A stretch of 63,350 nt of DNA, filler included, from Babesia bigemina (taxonomy: Eukaryota), in NCBI RefSeq assembly GCF_000981445.1. It is 9 parts of 9 records of this genome, joined end to end, with 100 filler letters (N's around TTAATTAATTAA, not from the genome) between each part and the next. Parts side by side here need not be neighbours in the genome. Positions count along the whole stretch, not along the records: positions 8,138 to 12,296 come from NW_012237040.1; positions 12,397 to 15,101 come from NW_012237041.1; positions 15,202 to 25,766 come from NW_012237042.1; 6 more parts are not named here. One strand, 5' to 3'. Positions 8,963 through 20,800 of this stretch are shown in pieces (the first letter of the stretch is position 1; every line of letters starts with the position of its first letter). A program made the position numbers and the translations under genes. Under the pieces are notes generated by a model. That model saw nothing but the letters and a program-made list of their open reading frames with translations. It did not search any database and was not told the origin of the DNA.

Positions 8963-10930
8963 TCCACTCTACATCGCCCCTTTACCCACTCCACATCGCC
9001 CCTTAACCCACTCTACATCGTTCCCTAACCCACTCTACATCGCCCCTTTATCCACTCTACATCGCCCTTAACCCACTCTACATCGCTCCTTAACCCACTC
9101 TACATCGCTCCTTTATCCACTCTACATCGCCGCTTTACCCACTCTACATCGCCCCTTTACCCACTCCACATCGCCCCTTAACCCACTCTACATCGCTCTT
9201 TAACCCACTCTACATCGCCCCTTTATCCACTCTACATTGCCCCTTTATCCACTCTACATCGCCCCTTAACCCACCCTACATCGCTCCTTAACCCACTCTA
9301 CATCGCCCCTTTGTCCACTCTACATCGCTCCCTAATCCACTTTACACCGCCCCCTAACCCACTCTACATCGCTCCCTAACCCACTCTACATCGCCCCTTT
9401 ACCCACTCTTCATCGCTCCCTAACCCACTCTTCATCGCTCCTTTACCCACTCCACATCGCCCCTTTATCCACTCCACATCGCCCCTTATCCACTCTACAT
9501 CGCTCCCTAATCCACTCTACATCGCCCCTTAACCCACTCTACATCGCCCCTTTATCCACTCTACATCGCCCCTTTACCCACTCCACATCGCCCCTTAACC
9601 CACTCTACATCGCCCCTTTATCCAGTCTACATCGCCCTTTTATCCACTCTACATCGCCCCTTTACCCACTCTACATCGCCCCTTAACCCACTCTTCATCG
9701 CTCCTTAACCCACTCTTCATCGCTCCTTTACCCACTCCACATCGCCCCTTTATCCACTCTACATCGCTCCCTAACCCTCCACTCTACATCGCTCCCTTAT
9801 CCACTCTACATCGCCCCCTAACCCACTCCACATCGCCCCTTAATCCACTCTACATCGCTCCTCTATCCACTCTACATCGCTCCCTAACCCACTCTACATC
9901 GCTCCTTAACCCACTCTACATCGCCCCTTAACCCACTCTTCATCGCTCCTCTATCCACTCTACATCGCCCCTTTACCCACTCTACATCGCTCCTTTACCC
10001 ACTCTACATCGCTCCCTAACCCACTCTACGTCGCTCCCTAACCCACTCTACATCGCCCCTTTATCCACTCCTCATCGCCCCTTTACCCACTCTACATCGC
10101 TCCTTAACCCACTCTACATCGCTCCTTAACCCACTCTACATCGCCCCTTTATCCACTCTACATCGCCCCTTAACCCACTCTACATCGCTCCTTAACCCAC
10201 TCTACATCGCTCCCTAACCCACTCTACATCGCCCCTTTACCCACTCTACATCGCTCCTCTATCCACTCCACATCGCCCCTTTATCCACTCTACATCGCCC
10301 CTTTACCCACTCTACATCGCCCTTTAACCCACTCTACATCGCTCCCTAATCCACTCTACATCGCTCCTTTATCCACTCCACATCGCCCCTCTACCCACTC
10401 TACATCGCCCCTTTATCCACTCTACATCGCCCCTTAACCCACTCTACATCGCCCCTTTATCCACCTTACATCGCCCCTTTATCCACTCCACATCGCTCCC
10501 TAACCCACTTCACATCGCCCCTTTATCCACTCCACATCGCTCCTTATCCACTCCACATCGCCCCTTAACCCACTCCACATCGCCCCTTAACCCACTCTAC
10601 ATCGCCCCTTTACCCACTCTACATCGCTCCTTTACCCACTCTACATAGCCCCTTTATCCACTCTACATCGCCCCTTTACCCACTCTACATCGCTCCTCTA
10701 TCCCACTCCACATCGCCCCTTTATCCACTCTACATCGCTCCTTATCCACTCTACATCGCCCCTTAACCCACTCTACATCGCTCCTTATCCACTCCACATC
10801 GCCCCTTTATCCACTCCACATCGCTCCTTATCCACTCTACATCGCTCCCTAACCCACTCTACATCGCTCCCTAACCCACTCTACATCGCCCCTTAACCCA
10901 CTCTACATCGCCCCTTTATCCACTCTACCT
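8963..10930 (+). repeat. 22-bp minisatellite (YCCACTCTACATCGCYCCYTWA), ~2 kb
   Basis: About 90 units, C-rich on the ves sense strand. Confidence 0.97.
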
Positions 10931-10959
10931 CCCTTGAATCACATCGCCATTATTCCGCT

Positions 10960-12296
10960 ATGACCTCTATAAACCATCCTAATAACTTGTGCCTTGTCAC
11001 CCTTCCCTTCCCCTCTTCCACCTCCTGCCACTGCCCTGACCATGTGCCGCCTAGGGAGCTTGACAAGAAATTTGACAAAATTCAAAACCTTAAAAACACC
11101 TCAAATAACAACCCTACTAACATCCTTAATAACCTCTGCACTGGCCTCGAGACATTCCTCGGCTTCGACTCTACTTCCAAAGGCTACACTGGCAAAGGCA
11201 TTGTCTACTCTGACCTTGACAGACTGTGTGACGGGGTGATGGGATTTTTGAGTGGTGTGCTTGAAGGGGTGAAGGATGACAATAATGTTCACCATTATGA
11301 CACAAATAATAGATCTAACGATATTCATGCACTAATAGGCACTATATATACATGTATAGGTAAAGGCCAGAAGGGTCTCCAGACGGCGGTAGCCGAGGTG
11401 GTCAACTGGTACGGTACTTACCAAAATAATGTTGACATGAAAACTAATTATGTTACTGATAGACTCACTACAATATATACAGAACACCTAACAAATCCGC
11501 AGAAGGGCTTTAAAAAAGCTCTTGAATCTTTAAAGAATGCTAACAACACTACGGCCAATGAAGTGTCAGCTGCACTGCATAAGTGCATTAAGCAGGCCAA
11601 AAAATTAGAATCAACAACACTCGAAAACACAATACAATCCGTGAAAGTTGTTGACCGCGACCTTAAGAAAAGACTCCAAGAGCATTTCGACAAGGTTGAG
11701 ATGTTCGTCAGAGTGTTTGCTGCGTCTGCTCAGAACAATGATCTGCTTGACGTGTTGTCAAAGCTTGATGAGGCGCTGAAACAGTTGCCAGGACACGTCG
11801 AAACGCAGATTAAAACTCAGGGGCACAATGCTGTGGAGGAGTTTAAGAGCACGATGGAGGCACTGCATGGAGAGATCGCGACTATGAAACGCGGGGAGTT
11901 TGAGGCATTAAAAGTGTCTGTGGAGAAAGATCTTTTTGAAGCTTTTGTGGATGTGCGTAAGGGTATAGATAAACTGGAAGAGAATTATGGGAAAGTGATT
12001 GTTCCAGGAGTGGAAGGGATTTTGGGGCAGGCGCGGGAACTTAAGGAGACTATTATTGGAGAGAAAGAGAAGTTTGCGTTGCAGGTAAAAGCTTTAAGTG
12101 AACAAATGGCGGCGCTTCAAAATATCTACAGAGACATTACGGCAGAAGTGCCGAAAGATTTTGATGCTTATAACAGCAGAGGCGGTGATTGGGGTGTAAA
12201 TCAGAGTCATGAGATCGACGCATTAATACAGCAAATTGAAACAAACGTTAAAACTCATATAAGGGAGATGCTAGGAGATATTAGCAGTGATGTAAA
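10960..12296 (+). CDS. ves1: ves1-like gene, 5' part (runs into gap)
   Basis: Contains the LCTGLETFLGF...GIVYSDLDRLCDGVMGFLSGVL box shared with the full-length genes. Leader ATG is in frame. Confidence 0.85.
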
Positions 12297-12396
12297 NNNN
12301 NNNNNNNNNNNNNNNNNNNNNNNNNNNNNNNNNNNNNNNNTTAATTAATTAANNNNNNNNNNNNNNNNNNNNNNNNNNNNNNNNNNNNNNNNNNNN

Positions 12397-15013
12397 GGAA
12401 AATGCTGAACTTTTTGTCATTGATCTTCCTATATATGTCTGTTCCCGTACACTCCTGCTTATTACTCAACTCACTCTCATGGGAGTCACGCAACTTGGGA
12501 ACCTTGTAGCCATGACTGCTAAAGAAATCGGCAATAATACTGTTATATTTATTGTACGCTGAGTGAATTGGTTTAAATTGTGCCTGTTTACATGTCTCAC
12601 TCAATGACATCAGATCATTAAGCAAAATACCGAGTATCGTCAAAAACACCTTGGCGCCATTTTTTCCTTCAGGCGTCAAAACTTCTTTTTCACCTTTCGA
12701 AACCCACTGTTTAATACTTTCACCTCCATCATACCTACTCACATACCCCTTCTCCAACTCCTCCACGAATCCCAGCATCCCATCCCGCAGCGCCTTGAGC
12801 ACGGGCCGTCCTGCGTCCGGCAGCGCTTGGGGGTCGAGGGAGGAGGAAAGGTGATTACATAACTTACTAAATTTGTCATCGAATACGCAATTTCGTTTCT
12901 TATCATGAAGACAAAGATGCTGCAGCAAGTCATCAAATTTGTCTTTAATATTTTTCACATGTACGGATTGCTGGGTGTCCTCCTTAGGCATGTGCGGCGT
13001 TTTTGCTTGATACTCAACATACATTGCAATAGCGTCAACATAATCTTTGAACCTCCAGGACAAGTTAGGAAGTTTTTCTGAGGTTACCAGGTCCGTGTGA
13101 TTTTTTAGCTTCAACAACATATCTCCATCGTCCTTGAGCATCAGCTTCAGCAGACCTTTAACACCGGTGTTCAAATCGTCATTTATGATTTTATTAATGA
13201 CGGAAATAGGTTCATTAACTAGTGCGCCTAGTGCATTCAAATGAGCTCTGTGATTATCAGCGAAAAGTATTTGCATCTCATCGCTGACTTTGTTGAATGC
13301 TTGTTCAGCGGATTCGGTGAGATCGACTCGTAAGGTTTGCATAGCATCCGTGGACTCACGGTAGGCGTTTTCCACTGAAGTTCGAAAGGCTTTCATAGTA
13401 ATATCGAACGTTTCATTTGTCCTGTCGACGGCAACGAAAATGCCATTTAGTTTGTCGAATAATACTTTATACAACTCCTCTATTTTTCCTGCAGCCTTAT
13501 CTCCCATTTGTTTAATACTGTCGCTCTCTGCATTGCCATTGTTCAGCATTTCTAACTTCTTAGAAACTTCCGTTTCAATTGTATTTACTGTGGTCTTAAT
13601 GGAACCAGTATGTTTATCTAATGTTCTACCAAGCATCTCTATCTGTCGCTTAACCGTCATAAGTGCGTCATCGAGGGCTTTTCCAAACTTATCTTTGGTG
13701 CCCCCTTCTACGAATTGTTTACCGATATCTTTCACTTTAGATATGGCCTCATCTATTTCTTTTGCAATAGCGCAATTTGCGTTTACCGTTGCTTTGCTGT
13801 CATCAACGGACAGCCATACCAGTTCTGTTGTAGCTTTGGAGGCCTTCTCCACCAGTTGTGGAGCGATGCGGTAAATGGCTGATGTGAGAAGGCTCTTGTC
13901 GTGCTGATCTTGTTTTGCTGTATTCACAATGGTCGAATCTTTCTCAATTAATGCAACCACTTTTTTAACGACTTCAGATTTTCGAAACTCAGTAGCATTC
14001 ATATGAGTATTAATCTGATCGACAAATGAACGGAGACATTTTTTTATATTAGCAACACGTTTGTGGATATCGGAGCCTTCGGTGTTCTGTACTTTAGTGA
14101 CGCCGGTGATAACTAATTGCAGTCTTTCGTTAATAGTATCTCTGATGTGTTTTATCACATTTTGCGTTGCCTTCAATTGACCATTTGAACGAAAATAGCT
14201 TTTAGTCACGTTAGTATGCGCATATGCATCAATCGACGAATATACTGGTTCTCCGGATTTGAAAACGTCTTCCAACCATTGTTCAACCTTTGCCTTGAAA
14301 CTTTCTCCTTCAAACGTTTTGGCATAATCCTTGACTTTCTTTTCGATATTACCGAGATTGCTTGCTTGTTCACTCTCTACGTATATTCCGTCAACAAGCT
14401 TACGAATGTGCGCCTGCAACGCCTCCCATTTATTCTCTATACTTTCCTCATTCGTCTCAGTTGTTCCGTTTTTTTGAACACCTTTGCGTATCGCATCAAA
14501 CTCTTCATGAGCAAAAGCTGCCAAATTGCTCATTGCCAACGTGTTGGATTTTAAATTTCTATGAATTTCCTCAACCGCATTCCTAATGGTATCGAAATAA
14601 AACGTTATGTACGATTTGTAATCTACGTCCAATCTGCCAGCCTGCTTCAACGCTTCTTCCAGGAGCCCATTTATTATTTTAAAACGATCTTTCCTTGTTT
14701 TATTAAGCTCATGAATTCCGTCTAATATCATCGTGAATTTCTGCTCTAACATATATTTGACGTTCTCACTCTGTCTATTTATGTCGTTCTGAAGACGTTT
14801 CTTTTGCTTACGTAACTCATCGTCCACCCTCTTTGCCTGCTCCGCAAATTTTGCGCCGAATGCAGTATTTTTTAAAACATGTACTGCCCCTGCAATCTGA
14901 TTCATTTCGCGTGTTATTTTCATTTTTAATGCGATGTCTAAGGTATCAACATCGTTTTCAATTTCAGTGACCGTTGATGATATACCGTCAACAGTCGACT
15001 GCCAGCGCTGCAA
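12397..15013 (-). CDS. ves1: ves1-like gene, internal fragment (nearly the whole contig)
   Basis: Helical region followed by DLNTGVKG, LKALRDGMLGFVEELEKGYVSRYDG and GKNGAKVFLTIL, homologous to 17825-23947. Confidence 0.85.
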
Positions 15014-15254
15014 CTGTTTTTTCTAGGTTTTGAGTGGCATCAATTTCCGTTATTTTTGCCCTAATTTTACCGCCCCCTCAGGGTGGCTATTTAGGAATTA
15101 ANNNNNNNNNNNNNNNNNNNNNNNNNNNNNNNNNNNNNNNNNNNNTTAATTAATTAANNNNNNNNNNNNNNNNNNNNNNNNNNNNNNNNNNNNNNNNNNN
15201 NTCGAGAATCAGCTTGATTCGTTCGGGCAAGTGGTAAGCTATCACCTGACCAAG

Positions 15255-15590
15255 TTGATGGTCTCGGCAGCCATGACATGGACACGGCAGCTATGAGATG
15301 GTTACCGCAGCGATGACATGGTCTCGGCGGCGATGAGATGCTTACAGCAGCTATGAGATGATTACGACGGCGATGACATGTCCACGGCCGCCATGACCTG
15401 ATTACACCAGCGATGACCTGATCACGGCAGCGATGAGATCGACACGGCAGCGATCACCTGCGAACAGCAGCCCTTGCCTGATTACGATGACGATTACGTG
15501 GATAGGCCGCGCTAACATGAACACGGCAACGATCACTTGTGCAAGGACACGATGTCGTGCTTCCGGCAGCAATAACATGGCACACCGGTG
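15255..15590 (+). repeat. 20-bp tandem repeat, degenerate or low quality
   Basis: GGCAGCGATGACATGG-like units with many mismatches near the contig start. Confidence 0.75.
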
Positions 15591-15599
15591 GAGATTATT

Positions 15600-17766
15600 A
15601 TCCACTCTTCGTCGCTCCCTAATCCACTCTACATCGCCCCTTTATCGCCTCTACATCGCCCCTAATCCACTCTACATCACCTCTTTATCCACTCTACATC
15701 ACTCCCTAACCCACTCTACATCGCTCCCTTACCCACTCCACATCGCCCCTTAACCCACTCTACATCGCCCCTAATCCACTCTACATCGCCCCTTAACCCA
15801 CTCTACATCGCCCCTAATCCACTCTACATCGCCCCTTTATCCACTCTACATCGCCCCTTAACCCACTCTACATCGCCCCTTAACCCACTCTACATCGCCC
15901 CTTTATCCACTCCACATCGCTCCTTATCCACTCCACATCGCCCCTTTATCCCCTCTACATCGCCCCTTTATCCACTCTACATCGCCCCTAACCCACTCTA
16001 AATCGCCCCTTAACCCACTCTACATCGCCCCTTAACCCACTCTACATCGCCCCTTACCCCACTCTACATCGCTCCTTTATCCACCCTTCATCGCTCCCTA
16101 ACCCACTCCACATCGCTCCCTAACCCACTCTACATCGCTCCCTAATCCACTCTACATCGCCCCTTAACCCACTCTACATCGCCGCTTAACCCACCTTACA
16201 TCGCTCCCTAACCCACTCTACATCGCCTCTTAACCCACTCTACATCGCCCCTTTATCCACCCTACATCGCTCCTTTACCCACTCCACATCGCTCCTTTAC
16301 CCACTCCACATCGCTCCCTTACCCACTCCACATCGCCCATTTACCCCTTCTACATCGCCCCTTTATCCACTCCACATCGCCCCTTAACCCACTCCACATC
16401 GCTCCTTTATCCACCCTTCATCGCTCCCTAACCCACTCTACATCGCTCCTTTATCCACCCTTCATCGCTCCTTAACCCACTCCACATCGCCCCTTTATCC
16501 ACTCTACATCGCTCCCTAATCCACTCCACATCGCCCCTTTACCCACTCCACATCGCCCCTTAACCCACTCTACATCGCTCCTTTACCCACTCTACATCGC
16601 TCCCTAACCCACTCTACATCGCTCCCTAACCCACTCTACATCGCTCCCTAACCCACTCTACATCGCTCCTTAACCCACTCTTCATCGCCCCTTTATCCAC
16701 TCTACATCGCTCCTTTACCCACTCTACATCGCTCCCTAACCCACTCTACATCGCTCCTTTACCCACTCTACATCGCCCCTTTATCCACTCCACATCGCTC
16801 CTTTACCCACTCCACATCGCTCCTTTACCCACTCTACATCGCCCCTTTACCCACTCTACATCGCTCCTTTGTCCACTCTACATCGCCCCTTTACCCACTC
16901 TACATCGCCCCTTTATCCACTCTACATCGCCCCTTTACCCACTCTACATCGCCCCTTTACCCACTCTACATCGCTCCCTAACCCACTCTACATCACCCCT
17001 TTATCCACTCCACATCGCTCCCTAACCCACTCTACATCGCTCCCTAACCCACTCTACATCGCCCCTTAATCCACTCTACATCGCTCCCTAACCCACTCTA
17101 CATCGCCCCTTAACCCACTCTACATCGCTCCCTAACCCACTCTACATCGCCCCTTAACCACTCCACATCGCTCCCTAACCCACCTTACATCGCCCCTTAA
17201 CCTCCCTACATCGCTCCCTAACCCACTCTACATCGTCCCTTTACCCACTCTACATCGCCCCTTTACCCACTCTACATCGCCCCTTAACCCACCTTACATC
17301 GCTCCCTAACCCACTCTACATCGCCCCTTAACCCACTCTACATCGCCCCCTAACCCACTCTCCATCGCCCCTTTACCCACTCTCCATCGCCCCTTTACCC
17401 ACCTTACATCGCCCCTTTACCCACTCTACATCGCCCCTTTATCCACTCCACATCGCCCCTTAACCCACTCTACATCGCTCCTTACCTCACTCCACATCGC
17501 CCCTTTACCCACTCTACATCGCTCCCTAATCCACTCTACATCGCCCCTTTATCCACTCCACATCGCCCCTTTATCCACTCCACATCGCCCCTTTATCCAC
17601 TCTACATCGCCCCTTTACCCACTCTACATCGCTCCTCTACGCACTCTACATCGCCCCTTTATCCACTCTACATCGCCCCTTTACCCACTCTACATCGCTC
17701 CCTAACCCACTCCACATCGCTCCCTAACCCACTCTACATAGCCCCTTTAACCACTCTACATCGCCC
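15600..17766 (+). repeat. 22-bp minisatellite
   Basis: Same unit as 8963-10930. Confidence 0.97.
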
Positions 17767-17824
17767 GAATTACCTCGCCATAATACCGCTATGACCTCTT
17801 TAGACCACAATAATAACTTGTGCC

Positions 17825-20800
17825 TTGACACCCTTCACTACCCTTCTGACTGAGTCCATCGACTGGTTGATCCAGGTTAGGTATGGGAATGGTGACAGTG
17901 ATGGTCTTACCAAGTTGTCTGAAGCTTTGAAAAAGTTGATTGAGGAGGCTATTGAGAAGGCTACTAAGTCCCTCCAAGCCGAAAAATCTAAACTTGAATG
18001 CCCTGTTAAGTACAAGGGAAATGAGTCCACTTGCCAGTTCTACCAGAAGAAAATTGATGAACTTAAAAAATCTCAAGAACTTGGAAAAAATTCAAATGGT
18101 TTTACTTCGAATGATTTTGAAAAACAGAAAGAAAAATGTGTTGCATCACATAAATCTAAGCGTTCCGACGCCCAGCAAAAAGCGTATGAGGACATTGACT
18201 CCAAGTTGTCTCAGGTTAACAAGCTTAAAGAGAGTCTTAAAGGATTGACTGATGAAAAGAATTGTGAAAAGCTTTTAACAAATCTTTGTGATGGCCTCGA
18301 AACCTTCTTAGGCTTCAACTCTGCTTCCAAAGGCTACGATGGCAGTGGGATAGTGTATTCGGACTTGGATAGGCTGTGTGACGGGGTGATGGGATTTTTG
18401 AGTGGAGTGCTTGATGCGGTGAAAGATGATCCAAGCGTTACAACGTATTACACTAAGATGGATGAAACACTCCAAAAAATTAAAGACAATATGCACAATC
18501 CTGGCGGATTGTCTGCGGCCGTTGACGCTGTGAGCACGGCGCTGGGGGAGTGGGATGGAGAATTAAATAAAAGATGCACTGACGTAAAAAACTATTTTAA
18601 TAATCTAAATTCTGACAAATTAACTCAATTTAATAATTCACTTAACGCACTTAATACATGTGAGCCTAGTGACGTGGCCGCCCGTTTGGGTGATTGCATA
18701 GAGAAGGCCAAGGACGTGTCCGACGCCTTCGACTGGGCTGAGGGAGCGTACAATCAGCTCGACAAATCGCTTAAAGATAAGTTGAAAGATCCCGTAAATA
18801 ACATAAAAGTGCAGGTGAAATCGTTCGTGGCGGCGGCAAAAAATGAGGAGTTGAAGACGGTGGTAGAGACGGCGGGGAGGGAGCTCAAGACTCTGGAGAC
18901 CCAAGTGATTGCTCACGCTACACATTGCGTGACTCAGATGAGAGAGAGTCTTGATGAGCAAATGGTTACACTACTTAAAAATATAGATACCGCGAACAAC
19001 AAATTGAAGCAGTGGCTGGCAGCGATGGGAGAATGGATTAATGAAACAAAAACCTTTATTGCTGAATTACTGCAGAAACGCGCGGATGAAATATTGTATG
19101 AAGTGAATGAAGGTGCAGAAACTTGTAAGCGTAAGCAAGTAGCTCAAGCAATTCAGGTAAATGAATTAAATCTAGAAGGCGCTGTTGAAGACTTGGAGAG
19201 ATGGAAACGGGAAGCTAGTGAAGTTGTAAAGAAAGGTCTGTGGAGATGCCATGACATATTGGATAGAACAAGTATGGATCAATCGCAGATATCGATTAAG
19301 GCTAAGGAATTACAGGACAAAGCCGTTGAACTCCGAACGGCGGCAAACGCTGCGATTGAGAACATTAAGCAACACGTATCCCAAGCGCTGCAGGCTGTGA
19401 ATGATATGAATGAGGAGTTAAAGGGGGATTTGGGTAAGATGAAAAACCAACTTAAGCAGGCGTTGGATGGATACGTTAGGGGCGAAATGGCTGGAAAAAT
19501 CAAAGACGCACTTGAAGTAGAAACTGATAGTATTGCGAAACGAGATGAGAGTACAGCACTGGCTGGAGGATTCTTAGATAATATCGTTTCCGGTCTCCAC
19601 AACTATGCTAATGAGTTTAAAGATGCATTCCAAGCGACCATTCAGAGCATAGTTGAAGGCACAATAAAGAGTGAGGGTATGCAGAGTGGTTATCTTAACT
19701 GGTATGTTGGCGACAATAAAACGAGTAATTATTTCAAGAATACAATAGATGGCCAATTAAAAAGCGATAAAGAAATTCTAGGTATCATAACCCAAACTGT
19801 TCAAAAAGCAATTAGCGATACGATGAATGAACATGTCAAAAATGTCAACATCAAAAACCAAAATGATGCAGAGAAAATTTTGGAAGATATTAGTGAATGT
19901 CTCACTATTTTTACATCCAATATTAATGGTCAGGAGGATGCCATATTGCAGGCGGTGGAGACTGCATTGAACAAAGTAGATAAGTGGGTAGACCCCGCTA
20001 AAAAGACTAGCCATAATAAACGCTACATAAATAAAGTCATCTCAATCATACTCGCCGCTGTAAAGTCTGCCGCTACTGATGCCGCCGGGGAAATCGGCAG
20101 CATAATTTTAGACTCCAATATCCAAGAGATGAAGAAAGCGATTGACGCGGTTAGAAAACTTGGTGAGGATCTTAAAAAAAAGTTTGTTGTGTCACCCGGA
20201 GTCACTACCGCCAACCTTGGGGATGATGTGACAAAGCCTATTCACGAGAAACTAAATCAAGAAATAGGGAATGAAGATACAGTAGGTGCACGTGCTTTCC
20301 CTAGCAGTGGCAAGCTTAAACTCGAAAAGCTTGGGAATTATATACTCCACGTCAAACAAACATCGGACATACTGGACGCGCTTAAGAAGGGAGAACTGCA
20401 AGGCACTGAAGGTGATCCAGGCACACTTCCAACTAAAATTAACTATATAAGGAAAGAAGGCCTGAAGACGCTAGAAAGCGGCGGAGACATATCTAACATT
20501 CTCAACTCAGGCAAAGGCATATTCGAAAACTCGTTCGGAACAATCAAAAAACAGCTCGGACAGATAATTACACTAATCACTGAAAAGCAAGATGGGCGCA
20601 AGTATTTCGACGGTTCTCAGGATAGGAAGAAAGGTGTACATACGCTGCTGACCGAGCTGAAAAATGGACTTACTGAAGGTGTTGAATCTGTTTTTACAAA
20701 GGGTTTTGAGGAAATCAAAAACAACGTTGAAAGGTTGAAAAGCGGTCATATTTTGGATGTTTTGGAGAAACTCAACAGCCTCTGCGATGCTGTTAAAAAT

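Noticed and set aside
8550..10930. CRISPR-like array
   Set aside because: Units are contiguous with no unique spacers, there are no cas genes, and the genome is eukaryotic.
8963..10930. True telomere
   Set aside because: TTAGGG occurs only as part of a 22-bp unit, and the arrays are internal, between genes.
15202..15600. A distinct diverged satellite family or the 106-aa ORF at 15433
   Set aside because: It is the 20-bp array degraded at a contig edge, probably low-quality sequence.
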